IMG/VR virus record: IMGVR_UViG_3300037358_000205
DNA: 64,000 nucleotides
Direction: 5' to 3' (one strand)
Source: an uncultured virus (IMG/VR IMGVR_UViG_3300037358_000205)
Taxonomy: Duplodnaviria > Heunggongvirae > Uroviricota > Caudoviricetes
A program made the translations under genes and the position numbers. Positions 47,273 through 56,996 of this stretch are shown piece after piece. The notes below the pieces were generated by a model. It was given only the letters and a program-made list of their open reading frames with translations, was not told the DNA's origin and made no database searches. Numbering within the stretch: the stretch's first letter is position 1; each line of letters begins with the position of its first letter.

Positions 47273-49200
47273 GAATTCAAAAGATAACGGTTTGTGATTT
47301 CCGGGCCTTCCCTGGTTCACCGCAAACAAGTTACGAACTGCTCCTGCCCGGTGGCAAGAATCTACTGCTTCATGGCGAGAACGGCAGCGGCAAAACGTCG
47401 CTTTTTCAAGCATTGCGAGGGCTCCTCGCTCTCACCGGTCCCGCACCCGCGCCAGGTCAGCAACCGGAGCCGGGTGTCGCGGAGAGTTTCAGTCTCAAAC
47501 ACAAAAACGTCTTTTCCGATCCCAACTTTACCGCCGGGGTGGTGAACATCGAACTTACGGACGGAGTACCGAATAACTATAGCTGGACATACGGCCAACC
47601 GCACGAAGCCGAGGGCGGCAATCCTCAATTTCAGGAACTCGCTCGACGCGCGACCTTCCTTGATTACAAGGCGCTTCTCAGGACGAACTTTCTCCATGAG
47701 GACCGCGCTGAAGTAGAGCTTTTTCCCCTGCTCATGGCGGTCGTATTCCGTAACGCTGAGAATCCAGTAATGCCGGGGCAAAAGATGCGCGACCAGTGGG
47801 AGGAACTGACCGCACGCGACCTCACGCCGCCTCCCCCGGAACCTCCCGGCGAAGATGAAGATGACGAACTCGAAACACCGGAACAACGCATCCGCGACGA
47901 CGCGCAAACGTGGTGGGGCCAATTCGGTGCCGTGCTCCAACGGGTCGCCCGCCGGGCCAACCGGTATGTGCGCGTGCTCGCGCCAGGAGTCCGCCTCCGC
48001 TTAGGTGCGCGGGGCCGCCTGCGCATGCGCCCCGGCCCGCCGCACGACTTCGGCTTTTCCGTGCGCCTCTCAGCCACCTACTATGGCCAACGTGTGGCGC
48101 ATCCCGCGCTTTTTCTAAATGAGGCACGCCTTTCAGCCATCGCCATCTCGCTCTACCTCGCCGCCGCACAGGAGACCGTGCCGCCACCGACCGCAGCCGA
48201 CTACCCGCGCCTACTTGTATTGGACGATGTGCTCATAGGCCTCGACCTTTCCAACCGCCTCCCCGTACTCGACTTGTTGGAGAGAGAGTTCGCCGACTGG
48301 CAAGTCTTTCTCCTTACCCATGACTGGGTGTGGTTCGAAATGGCACAGAAGCGACTTGGCAGAGTGCGATGGGAACACCGACGGCTTTTCGTTCGGCCCG
48401 GGGCCGACTGCGAGACGCCAATGCTCGTGACGGAATACCCATACTTGGAGAAAGCTCGGCAGTGGATGGACGATGGCGACCCGAAAGCCGCCGGTGTATA
48501 TTTACGCGGAGCTTTCGAAGAGATGTTGCGCGAGTTCTGCCTGGACCGCCGTTTGCAACTCACTTACCGGCGCGAACACCGAGACTATAGAAGTGAAGAC
48601 TTCTGGGATGTGGTCAAAGTTTTCGAGTTTAACCTCGGCCAAAAACTTTTGGACGAAGGACTTATCACCGAAGTCGAGCTTTGCCGACAACACGTCCTCA
48701 ACCCACTCTGCCATAAAGATCCCGGGTATCCGTTCCCTGGCGAAATGCGGCGCACCCTTGGCGTCTTACTCCGTCTTGAACGGCTGCTTTCCGGCTACAA
48801 GCCCGCGAAAGGTCAGACCCCCACTGCGAATTACCACTTGGAGAAAGCCATCGTTCACATCGACGCGGTGCCACTCGATCCCTTGAAATGCGCCACCTAC
48901 CTGCGGTCCGCATTCGACCGTGGGCTGAGGGCCTTCTGGCGTAAACATCCGCTCCTGTTGGCGGGCGCCCCGACTACTCAGCAGCTCTGGCAGGAGGTGG
49001 CGCATGGCACCGGCAATCTTGCCGGGACTCAGCAAGTATTTGTGCAGGCTGTGACGACTCATACCGACGTGCTCCTTGCCGATCCTTTCGATGTGGCAGT
49101 CATCGGCGCCAAGACAAAGGCCGACTTCGAAGCCATTCTAAATGTGCTGCTCGTCCCAAATACTCGGAAGCAACCTAAGTCTATTGTGGAAACATTTTGA
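47269..49200 (+). CDS. ABC/SMC-type ATPase with C-terminal HEPN-like domains (PrrC/RloC-like architecture)
   Basis: GENGSGKT, LNEAR signature-like, LVLDDVLIGLD, LLTHD; YLRGAFE...RQHVLNPLCH; ATGA-coupled to the MTase. Confidence 0.75.
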   Translation: MRIQKITVCDFRAFPGSPQTSYELLLPGGKNLLLHGENGSGKTSLFQALRGLLALTGPAPAPGQQPEPGVAESFSLKHKNVFSDPNFTAGVVNIELTDGVPNNYSWTYGQPHEAEGGNPQFQELARRATFLDYKALLRTNFLHEDRAEVELFPLLMAVVFRNAENPVMPGQKMRDQWEELTARDLTPPPPEPPGEDEDDELETPEQRIRDDAQTWWGQFGAVLQRVARRANRYVRVLAPGVRLRLGARGRLRMRPGPPHDFGFSVRLSATYYGQRVAHPALFLNEARLSAIAISLYLAAAQETVPPPTAADYPRLLVLDDVLIGLDLSNRLPVLDLLEREFADWQVFLLTHDWVWFEMAQKRLGRVRWEHRRLFVRPGADCETPMLVTEYPYLEKARQWMDDGDPKAAGVYLRGAFEEMLREFCLDRRLQLTYRREHRDYRSEDFWDVVKVFEFNLGQKLLDEGLITEVELCRQHVLNPLCHKDPGYPFPGEMRRTLGVLLRLERLLSGYKPAKGQTPTANYHLEKAIVHIDAVPLDPLKCATYLRSAFDRGLRAFWRKHPLLLAGAPTTQQLWQEVAHGTGNLAGTQQVFVQAVTTHTDVLLADPFDVAVIGAKTKADFEAILNVLLVPNTRKQPKSIVETF

Positions 49201-49233
49201 ATGGGGCCGACTCGTGAACCTTCGTTTGATAGC

Positions 49234-50079
49234 TCAAAAAGATTTCTTTTGGCCGCTTGTAGGATGAGAAGGCTTTCCGTCCAGAATATGCTGGTAGGCT
49301 TTATTAGCAGCAAGCATCTTCCTGCCGATTCTTTGCCTGTCTTCACCAAGAGCTAAATTAAACAACTCTACAAATTCAATAAATACAAAAGACATCATTA
49401 CAATTGCTGTATGAAGAGTGTCGATAGAATCCGAATCCGTTCTCGATAATACGCAATGACTCGGCCTTCCTTTCTCATTGCGCCGTATGCTTTCAAGTAG
49501 TGGTTGAAGCGTCGGGTGTCCGTACAGACACAATAGACTATATTCGCTCTGGTAAATCGCGCTCATTCCTGCTGCTTCTGCGATTTCCTTAACAGTCAAG
49601 GATTTAGCGTTTTTCTTTCTCTTTTGGAGCGCCTCCAACGATTTCGCAATTTCCGGGTCACTCTTCCCGCCGTCGGTTTTGCTTAAGTCACGCACATAGT
49701 TAAAATCCTTCACGCTGCAATGATTAACAAAGTGTTCCACAAAAGACGCATCCTTACATGCCGCTACAAAAACAAAAGTCGTTTCTATCATACTTCGCAG
49801 CACAGCCTTTGGTTCAGCAGCTAATCCCTGTTCTACCAACAACAAAACTGCTTGATAATTACTGAGTGCCCGGACCATCAACATGCCCGCTAACATCTCC
49901 TGATTATTGTCATCATGCACAACAGCTTTTCCAAATGCCGACTGAGCCACAGCGTTTAAGTCCCTGTAAAACTCTAGCCATGGCGCATAGCTAGCGCGAA
50001 AATATGTTCTCCATTCATCCAATTGTTCCGACAAAAATCCGTGTTTCTTGAACTCGTCCTCTGCCTTTGACTTATTCAT
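49234..50079 (-). CDS. DUF5677-like (HEPN-superfamily) protein
   Basis: LRSMIE, IAEAAGM...YSLLCLYGHPT motifs; AT-rich. Confidence 0.6.
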   Translation of the reverse strand: MNKSKAEDEFKKHGFLSEQLDEWRTYFRASYAPWLEFYRDLNAVAQSAFGKAVVHDDNNQEMLAGMLMVRALSNYQAVLLLVEQGLAAEPKAVLRSMIETTFVFVAACKDASFVEHFVNHCSVKDFNYVRDLSKTDGGKSDPEIAKSLEALQKRKKNAKSLTVKEIAEAAGMSAIYQSEYSLLCLYGHPTLQPLLESIRRNEKGRPSHCVLSRTDSDSIDTLHTAIVMMSFVFIEFVELFNLALGEDRQRIGRKMLAANKAYQHILDGKPSHPTSGQKKSF

Positions 50080-50098
50080 TCTAATTTCGGTCCCTCCG

Positions 50099-50839
50099 TT
50101 ATGGAGTCGGTATCGCCTCAGAAGATGTGCTGTTAGTACCGGACGGTATCATGGATATTTCGTCTTGTAGCGCCCCCAACAACTCCCGTCCAAAAACCAA
50201 TTGGGACTTAGGATTGCCGGTTTTATGAGCTTCAATCTTCATCATATCATCATATAAATCAGGGATGTGTTCATAAATAGTCGGGTTCTCGCTTCTTCTC
50301 AATTCTATGTAACCCTTCGCCGCTTCATAATATAACTGAACCCAGTATGAAAAATATTGATATGCAATCCGATCACTAATTTGATGCCCCTGGAGCAAAA
50401 AACCTATGTCGTCCAAAACATCCAGAATTGGGTCGATTTCGCAACGGTCTTGAATGTCTTTCCAGTCCTTTGTGGCGACCGTGTGAAATCTTACTAAAAC
50501 CTCCGTTCCCCTTTGCCTCTCCGCTTGAATGTCTTTGAAAAATACGTCCATATATTTTAATGCCAAGGTAGGGTCGTACTGTCTTCTATAAACGTCCTTC
50601 CAAACCGAAGACCATGTAGTTATCGCATACAAAATGGCGCACGCTATTAACACAACGGCAAACGCTAAATGAAACGCTTGCGATGAGCCCGTCATCTGTG
50701 TTGAATTTGATGAAGAATAGATTGTTGCCGTTACAGCCGCCGCTGTTACTACGAGCAAATTCACGGATGGTTCCCACGAGGACAGCAAGAGCCAAAAAAA
50801 CTCTGATTTACCGTCTCGGGGGTAGTTGGGCTTTTGCAT
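50099..50839 (-). CDS. Membrane protein (DUF4760-like)
   Basis: Two TM segments, then ILDVLDDIG..L...YIELRR..P.IYEH; AT-rich; start uncertain. Confidence 0.5.
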   Translation of the reverse strand: MQKPNYPRDGKSEFFWLLLSSWEPSVNLLVVTAAAVTATIYSSSNSTQMTGSSQAFHLAFAVVLIACAILYAITTWSSVWKDVYRRQYDPTLALKYMDVFFKDIQAERQRGTEVLVRFHTVATKDWKDIQDRCEIDPILDVLDDIGFLLQGHQISDRIAYQYFSYWVQLYYEAAKGYIELRRSENPTIYEHIPDLYDDMMKIEAHKTGNPKSQLVFGRELLGALQDEISMIPSGTNSTSSEAIPTP

Positions 50840-50989
50840 CGCTCACGTGTACCACGTTCCAGGGTTTCGTCAATTCGCCCCCCGGGCGGAGATTGAAGTG
50901 GGAGCTTCTTTGGTGAGGATGACGGGAGGCGTGGCCTGGGTTGAAAGTTGCTTTTCCCGGCGTTTGGCGGAATAGACGGTGGCGGGATG

Positions 50990-51166
50990 TCATAACAGGA
51001 CGGGAAGGGTGGGCTGTTGAGAAAGTAACTTTTCGCGCCGGGTTGCGGCGGATTTACGGCCGGCGCGCTGATTGAGGAGCTTGCGGGCCTCCGCCGTGCT
51101 GATGCGGCGCTCGATGGCGAGGGCGCTGACGCGCTTCTCGATGCGATCTCTCATGGCGTCATTCAT
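50990..51166 (-). CDS. Small basic hypothetical protein
   Basis: MNDAMRDR... coupled to the upstream gene. Confidence 0.5.
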   Translation of the reverse strand: MNDAMRDRIEKRVSALAIERRISTAEARKLLNQRAGRKSAATRREKLLSQQPTLPVLL

Positions 51167-51519
51167 GCGAGGTATTGCCTTTCGTTGTGCTCGAAGCATT
51201 CCTGTGCCGAGACGCGATTCTTCTTGCGAAGCCGGATGTGGCGAACGTGGTAGGTGTGAACGGGCGGCGTCTCGGAGGGGCGGATGCGGGGCTTGCCCTC
51301 TATCGACAGGTCCACGCAGGGAACGGAGTGGCCGCCGTGGATGGCAACGCATTCATCGGCTTCCTTGCCGTTTGGGAATGTCCATTTCTCCCATTGGTTC
51401 GCGGTCCATTCGTAATCATTGCCTCCTCCGGGGAGGATTTTAAGCCACTCGGGAACCATTGTCGCGCGGTTGATGTGGAGAACGATGTGGGGCAGCTTCG
51501 CCAGTTCGAGGAGTGTCAT
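51163..51519 (-). CDS. Hypothetical phage protein
   Basis: MTLLELAK... starts just after the recombinase stop. Confidence 0.55.
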   Translation of the reverse strand: MTLLELAKLPHIVLHINRATMVPEWLKILPGGGNDYEWTANQWEKWTFPNGKEADECVAIHGGHSVPCVDLSIEGKPRIRPSETPPVHTYHVRHIRLRKKNRVSAQECFEHNERQYLA

Positions 51520-51523
51520 AGGT

Positions 51524-52363
51524 TCACGGGTAGTCCTTGCGGTCGGCAACCCGCGCGAAGCTCCGGACGCTGTAAACCGTGGCCGGGAACCACCGCTTGC
51601 CTTGCTGCGTGGGGATGGCTGCGAGGTTGAGAATCTTCGCGATGTGATTGTCGGATTGGCCGTCGCTGGAACGCTGGAGGATTTGGGCAAGCACGTCCTG
51701 CTGCTCCCAATTCGGCACGAGGTCGAAGGCGGTATCGTTGCCAACCTCGAGATCCTCGCCGGATCGGAGGGCGCGAGTCTTGCGGGTGGCGCTGGGAACC
51801 TTGTTCCAGCCGTAGGGGACGTTGCGGCCCGCCTTGTATCCGCTCTGCCGCATGATGGAGACGGTTTCAAGCTGGCGCTGGAGGCGCAGGTCGGTTTCCA
51901 GTTCGGCAAAGAGGGCGATGACGGTAAGCATCGCGCGGCCCATTGCCGTGGTGAAATCGAGGTCCTGTTCGCAGAAGTGAATCTTCACGCCATGATTGGC
52001 GCATTCGGTGATGGTGAGAAGCGCGTCGGCGGTGGAACGGAAAGCGCGGTCGAGCCGGGTGTAAACGATGTGCTGGATGGCGTTGTCGGCCATGAAGCGA
52101 ATCATTTCCTTCACGTTGTCGCGTTCGAGCCAGGCGGTCTTGCCGCAAGTGCCGGAGTCGATGAAGTCGGCAACGTGCTCGAAACCCTTCAATTCCGCGA
52201 AGTGGCCGATGGCCGTTCCCTGTGTCGGGATCGTGAGGCGTTGCTTTTCGGTGGAACCCCGGATGGCTCCCACACATTTGAGGGAGACGGGATTAAGAGC
52301 GGGCTGGGCCGTCTTGCGGCGGGTGCGGTCGGTGCTTTGGCGGCTTTGGTGTGTAGTAGTCAT
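51524..52363 (-). CDS. Serine recombinase (resolvase domain + short Recombinase domain)
   Basis: IRGSTEKQ, DSGTCG, TRLDRAFRS, FAELE, PYGW, IAKILN...GKRW. Confidence 0.85.
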   Translation of the reverse strand: MTTTHQSRQSTDRTRRKTAQPALNPVSLKCVGAIRGSTEKQRLTIPTQGTAIGHFAELKGFEHVADFIDSGTCGKTAWLERDNVKEMIRFMADNAIQHIVYTRLDRAFRSTADALLTITECANHGVKIHFCEQDLDFTTAMGRAMLTVIALFAELETDLRLQRQLETVSIMRQSGYKAGRNVPYGWNKVPSATRKTRALRSGEDLEVGNDTAFDLVPNWEQQDVLAQILQRSSDGQSDNHIAKILNLAAIPTQQGKRWFPATVYSVRSFARVADRKDYP

Positions 52364-52457
52364 ATTGTCAAGATGCAATATTGTCACAACTCGGGGCACG
52401 CCGAAAGGATGAAGTCGATGATCGACGGCAGTTTCGGCGTGTCCCGGTCGTGGCTCG

Positions 52458-52724
52458 TCACTTGAGAAGGAGGTCGAGCGCGGCTTTGAGGCTTTGGATG
52501 GAGTCGGCGGGAACCATGATGCGGTCGCGCCGGCCATTCACATTCTCGGTGATGCGGACAACCTTGCCCCGTTCGTTCTCGATGAGGTCGAGGTAGAAGG
52601 TTTTCGTGCGGCCCCGGTCGAGGGTCACGTGAATCTTCTCGGTGGCAATGACGTTGAGCGGCTGGCGCTCGCTCGGGATGTAGGTGCGGTCGCTTTGGGT
52701 TTCTCGTGGGTCTGCGTTAATCAT
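52458..52724 (-). CDS. PurA/DUF3276-family single-stranded nucleic-acid-binding protein
   Basis: KTFYLDLIENERGKVVRITE...RRDRIMVP. Confidence 0.75.
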   Translation of the reverse strand: MINADPRETQSDRTYIPSERQPLNVIATEKIHVTLDRGRTKTFYLDLIENERGKVVRITENVNGRRDRIMVPADSIQSLKAALDLLLK

Positions 52725-52872
52725 CTGCGTGTGTTGTGGTGCTGTGTGTTGTGGTTGAGGTCGTCCATGTAGAAATGAAAAGACCAGTGGTGAAGATCGA
52801 GAGCGCGGGGAGTGGAGCGGCGGTATTCGTCGAACCAGACCGGGAGGATGCTAAAGAGGCGCATCATAAAAG

Positions 52873-53256
52873 TTACTTTGCGCGGAGTAGGACTTCGGGG
52901 GGCTGGCCCATGTAGATACCTCGCTGCACCTTGACGCCTTCGGCGCGGATTGCCTTCTCCCGCTTTTCGAGTTTGCCCCACATGATTTTCTGCATCTTCT
53001 TGTGTTCGCCAGCGCGCCACTCCTCAAGCTGTTCGGGGGTTTCGACTTTCTCGCCGGGTTCGTTGGGCGGCTCCTGATCGAGCGCAATCTCCGAACAGAC
53101 GGCGATGCAATCCGCGATAACGGCGGTGGCGACAACGGCGAAGATATAGCGGTCGCCGCCCGATACATCGGCAATGTCGAGATGACTGACGGTGATATTG
53201 TGGTGTTTGAGATGAAGCACGTAGGCTCCGAAGTCGCTGAATTTCAGGTATGTCAT
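52873..53256 (-). CDS. Hypothetical protein
   Basis: 127-aa ORF in the minus-strand operon. Confidence 0.55.
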   Translation of the reverse strand: MTYLKFSDFGAYVLHLKHHNITVSHLDIADVSGGDRYIFAVVATAVIADCIAVCSEIALDQEPPNEPGEKVETPEQLEEWRAGEHKKMQKIMWGKLEKREKAIRAEGVKVQRGIYMGQPPEVLLRAK

Positions 53257-53277
53257 AGGAAGGATGAAGGAGCGGAG

Positions 53278-55008
53278 TTATGCGGCGGCGAGTTGCTTCA
53301 CGCGTGAAGCATCGGCGTAGTCCTCGGGGAAGAACTGGCTGATGTCGGCTTCCTGAGTCCAGGCGGCGAGGGTGACGGCCTCTGCCAGATCGGGCGGGAC
53401 GGCGTTGCCGATTTGTTTGACTTGCTCGCTCTTGTTGCCCGCGAACCAATAGTCAGGCGGGAAGCCTTGGCAGGCGGCGAGTTCCTTGGGGGTGAGCATC
53501 CGCAAGAGGATGTCGATGCAGAAGGTTTCGCCGTCGATTTCGAAGCAGGGCAGGCCGTCGATTGTCTTGCTGCATGTTACCAGCGTCACGAGGCCGAAGC
53601 GGTCCTTGGTGGTGATCGTGTCCATCGGCTCGTCGAGGCTCACGGCGCTTGCGGTGCCGTAGTATTTCACGAGGAAGGCTTGAACCAGCGTGTGCCGGGC
53701 TTTGGTGCTGACGGTCGTGAGCGGCTCGTCGAGGCTCTTGGTGCCGTTCTTGAGGTTGCCATCGGCGCGGGCGGAAGCCTTGCCCTGGTTGTCGATGGAG
53801 ACGATGAACTCCGCGAGAGCCTTTCCGTTGGTGCAGGTGACATTCTTGAGCGGCTCGTCGAGGGTCTGAACCCGGCGACCATTGGCCCGCGTCCCCTCGG
53901 AGCCGTTGCCGTGGTTCACGTCCACGATGACGGGCTGGGCGAGGTAGAGCGTCTTGCTGCAAGTGATGGTGGGGCTGGGCTCGTCGAGGCCCTGTGCGCT
54001 GCCGTCGAGTTGGTTGGGAGCGGTGCCGCGCATCTTGACGATGAACGGCTCCACGAGGGCCTCGCCGCGCATCGTGGTGGTGATGGGGGATAGCGGCTCG
54101 TCGAGGCTCTTGACAGCCTTCCCGCCCCGTTGCTGGGGTACGATGAAGGGAACGTCCCCGAAGAGTTCCACGCCCTTTACGATGCGGCGGAAGGTGTTGG
54201 GACTGAGCGGGGGCAAACCGGCTTCCTTGCGGCGGTAAATTGAGATGCCCTTGTCGGTGAGGTCGATGCATTGACGGGCCACGCGCCAGGGAAGCATGGG
54301 GCGCTCTGTGCCGGAGAAAAGTTCCATCGCGGTGGCTTCCTTTGCGAAGCGCGGATTGGGCCAAACGATCTTGCGACCGCTGCCGCGGCGGATGCACTGG
54401 ATGATGAGACGGCGCCGGGTGGTCGGGCTGCCGTAGTCCGCGCAGCAAAGGACGCGGGCTTCGACGAGATGGGTGACTTCGATGAGGGCGATCCATGCCC
54501 GGTAAAGCTCGCCCTCGCGCTTCGGATCGGGAACCCACTTCATTTTGCCCTTTACCCGTTTGCGGATGCACGGCCCCCATTTGCGAAACTCGGGCACGTT
54601 CTCGATGAGCATGACATCAGGCATCGTGTCGTCCGCCCAACGGGTGACGCAATGGGCCGTGGCGCGGCTCTGCTCGTTGATGGGAGCGCCAGCGGCGGCG
54701 GTGGAATGCCCGGTGCATTCCGGGGAGGCGTAAAGAATCTTGCACTCGCCCCGCCTGAAGTGGTCGCGGGGATTGACGCTATCGAGGGAGGTTAGAAGGT
54801 GCCTCTCCTCGGGGTGATTGTGGCTGTGGGTGCGGATGGCGAGCGGGGCATGATTGATGGCGAGAATCTCCGTCAGAATTTCGAGCCGCTTGAAGGCTTG
54901 CTTGGCCCCGGTTGTCGTGCCGCCAGCCCCGCAGAAGAGGTCCGCGCCCTTGATGGGCTTGGACGTTTGCCAGCGGAATTTCCGCTTGGTCAAAAAGTTA
55001 CTTTTCAT
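53278..55008 (-). CDS. Phage C5-cytosine DNA methyltransferase
   Basis: DLFCGAGG, SPEC, ENV, TRRRL, RMLTPKEL..QGFP, QIGNAVPP; five LDEP repeats. Confidence 0.92.
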   Translation of the reverse strand: MKSNFLTKRKFRWQTSKPIKGADLFCGAGGTTTGAKQAFKRLEILTEILAINHAPLAIRTHSHNHPEERHLLTSLDSVNPRDHFRRGECKILYASPECTGHSTAAAGAPINEQSRATAHCVTRWADDTMPDVMLIENVPEFRKWGPCIRKRVKGKMKWVPDPKREGELYRAWIALIEVTHLVEARVLCCADYGSPTTRRRLIIQCIRRGSGRKIVWPNPRFAKEATAMELFSGTERPMLPWRVARQCIDLTDKGISIYRRKEAGLPPLSPNTFRRIVKGVELFGDVPFIVPQQRGGKAVKSLDEPLSPITTTMRGEALVEPFIVKMRGTAPNQLDGSAQGLDEPSPTITCSKTLYLAQPVIVDVNHGNGSEGTRANGRRVQTLDEPLKNVTCTNGKALAEFIVSIDNQGKASARADGNLKNGTKSLDEPLTTVSTKARHTLVQAFLVKYYGTASAVSLDEPMDTITTKDRFGLVTLVTCSKTIDGLPCFEIDGETFCIDILLRMLTPKELAACQGFPPDYWFAGNKSEQVKQIGNAVPPDLAEAVTLAAWTQEADISQFFPEDYADASRVKQLAAA

Positions 55009-55047
55009 CGTAATCTCTCCTGTGGGGCTGCTTCACGCGTAAAGCAC

Positions 55048-56607
55048 TTAGGCTTCGCTCTTGGTCAGGTGGCGAGTCTCGGTGCTGCCGTAGAGGATCA
55101 GCGCCTTCAACTCGTTGTGGGTGTGTTCTCCCCGGAAATACTCGGTGAGATACTTGACCGTATCGTACTGCTTGTTGTTGCGGGTGATGCCGGTGATGCC
55201 GCTGACATCGGCAAAGACGCGGTTCATGCCGTCGATGGCTTCGTCGCTGTCGGCGGGGGCGGTGTCGCCCATATCCTCGGAGAGCCGCTTGTCCGTCTCG
55301 GTGGGATCGGCGGGGACTTCAATATCGTCGCCCCCGTTGGTGCCGCTGGTGTCGGCCTCGCTCTTCGTGAGGTTCTTGATGGCGGTCTTGATGACGGCCA
55401 AGGCTTTCTGAGTGAACTTGCCGGCGTGCTTGTCGAGGAATTGATAGATTTCCTTGTACGCGGCGAGCAGCGCGCCGTCGGCCTCGTCGAAGCCTTCGGT
55501 TGCGGCATTGGCCTCGGTCTTGGTCAGGTGCGAGGCGACGGCGGCATAACGCCAGCCGCTATCGTGCTCCTGCGAGCTTTGGCTGACGTGGAGGTTGTAG
55601 AAGTAGGTCTTGTTGACCCGGTGCTGAGACAGGAGGATTTGCCCCTCGATCTTCCACTTGGCGTCCATAAGGGCGCTGAGGTTCTTGATGGTGCGGCTCC
55701 CAAGGACGGACTCCAAGGAGGCGACGGGGGCGGGCTTGCTGCCGCCGTTCGTGCTGCCGGTAACGGCGTCGAAGCGGTGGGTGGCGGATGATCCGCTGCT
55801 GTTGCCGTTGCCGTTGGTGGTGCTGGCGCTGCCGTTTGCGGCGGCTTTCCGCGCGGCGGCGCTGCCCTTCTTGGTGGGAGCGACCTTCTCACGGACAGGG
55901 GCCGGGAGGTCTTTTGCCGTGGCGCGGGACTTGCCCTGGTTTTTGGCGGTGTTGATGCCGTCCGTGATGATGGCGAGACGCGCGGTGTTGTCCTTGACCT
56001 TGCGGCAGACTTCGACCGCGAGCGAGGCCGCGACCTGGCCGGAGCGGATGAAGGGGTGCAGATCGGGAGCGCCGTTGAGGAGCACGCAGTTGGCGAACAT
56101 CGTCTTGGTGCGGCCCGTGCGCCGGAGGATCGTCTCCTCGCCCTCGCCGTGATCCTTCTGGAGCCGGTGGAAGAGGAGCGCGTATTCAAGGAGGTTCAGC
56201 TCCTTGCCGGAATTGCGGGTGGCAATGTCGTAGTTGCGATCCTTGTCGGTGTAGTCCTGCGGCTCGGATGAGCAGGGGACAACGGAAATGCGCTCGATGT
56301 GAGCCTTGATTTCCTTCGCTTCCTTCGAGCGGGAATCGACCCCCTTGAGCCGGGCGTCGAGGATTTTGAGGGCCGCGCTGAGGCCGGTGATGCGGCGGTG
56401 GCCATCGGTGATGACGAAGTTATCCTTATCGTCTTTGTGGCCGCTGATGGCGACCTGGATGCCATTCTCCAAGATGGAGTTGGTGAATTCTTCGAAGTCG
56501 GAGCCGAAATCGAAGCGGACGTTGAAGCCCTCTTGGGCGATGATGCGGGAGGCGGAAAGCCAGAACAGATCGGTTCTGGAGACTGCCAGTTCTTTGAGAC
56601 GAGCCAT
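55048..56607 (-). CDS. ParB/Srx-domain protein with long C-terminal extension
   Basis: GFNVR, SILENGI, ITDGHRR arginine patch, N.GK.L..LE, HTH-like GRTKT. Confidence 0.8.
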   Translation of the reverse strand: MARLKELAVSRTDLFWLSASRIIAQEGFNVRFDFGSDFEEFTNSILENGIQVAISGHKDDKDNFVITDGHRRITGLSAALKILDARLKGVDSRSKEAKEIKAHIERISVVPCSSEPQDYTDKDRNYDIATRNSGKELNLLEYALLFHRLQKDHGEGEETILRRTGRTKTMFANCVLLNGAPDLHPFIRSGQVAASLAVEVCRKVKDNTARLAIITDGINTAKNQGKSRATAKDLPAPVREKVAPTKKGSAAARKAAANGSASTTNGNGNSSGSSATHRFDAVTGSTNGGSKPAPVASLESVLGSRTIKNLSALMDAKWKIEGQILLSQHRVNKTYFYNLHVSQSSQEHDSGWRYAAVASHLTKTEANAATEGFDEADGALLAAYKEIYQFLDKHAGKFTQKALAVIKTAIKNLTKSEADTSGTNGGDDIEVPADPTETDKRLSEDMGDTAPADSDEAIDGMNRVFADVSGITGITRNNKQYDTVKYLTEYFRGEHTHNELKALILYGSTETRHLTKSEA

Positions 56608-56726
56608 GTTGTTGTTTCTGTGTTTGCTGCGGTTTAGTTTGCCGGGTGGTCGATGATCGACCCCTCGGCGTCGGTGAAGGCAGGAGGCTCATTTTCCACT
56701 CCCCGGACAGGACCGGCTGGGTTCGT

Positions 56727-56755
56727 GGAATAGAGACAAAATTTCAATGTGTCAA
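56727..56755 (-). promoter_or_regulatory. Sigma70-type promoter candidate for the parB operon
   Basis: TTGACA-17 bp-TATTCC on the minus strand. Confidence 0.4.
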
Positions 56756-56996
56756 AAAAGAATCGGCGAAATCGCGAAGATTTCCGCGCGGGATTGTGCC
56801 AAAAAAGAGCTTGCGGCGGGGCGGGAAGGGCGTTGCCGGAGCGGCGACCCCGGAGTGGCCCGCGAGTTGTGCCGTCGGCCTTCATCTTCCGCGACGATGA
56901 ATAACTGGCTGGCCACGCTGAACCGGATCGGCGTTGGGGAGTGAGGGGGCTGATACTGCCATTGACGGAGCGGGCGCCCGGTGCTACGCCTGCCCC

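Noticed and set aside
39938..49200. DISARM or BREX
   Set aside because: No DrmA/DrmB (DUF1998) and no PglZ/BrxC-type genes
53600..54130. Five LDEP repeats in the C5 MTase as a novelty
   Set aside because: A common feature of phage-type Dcm variable regions
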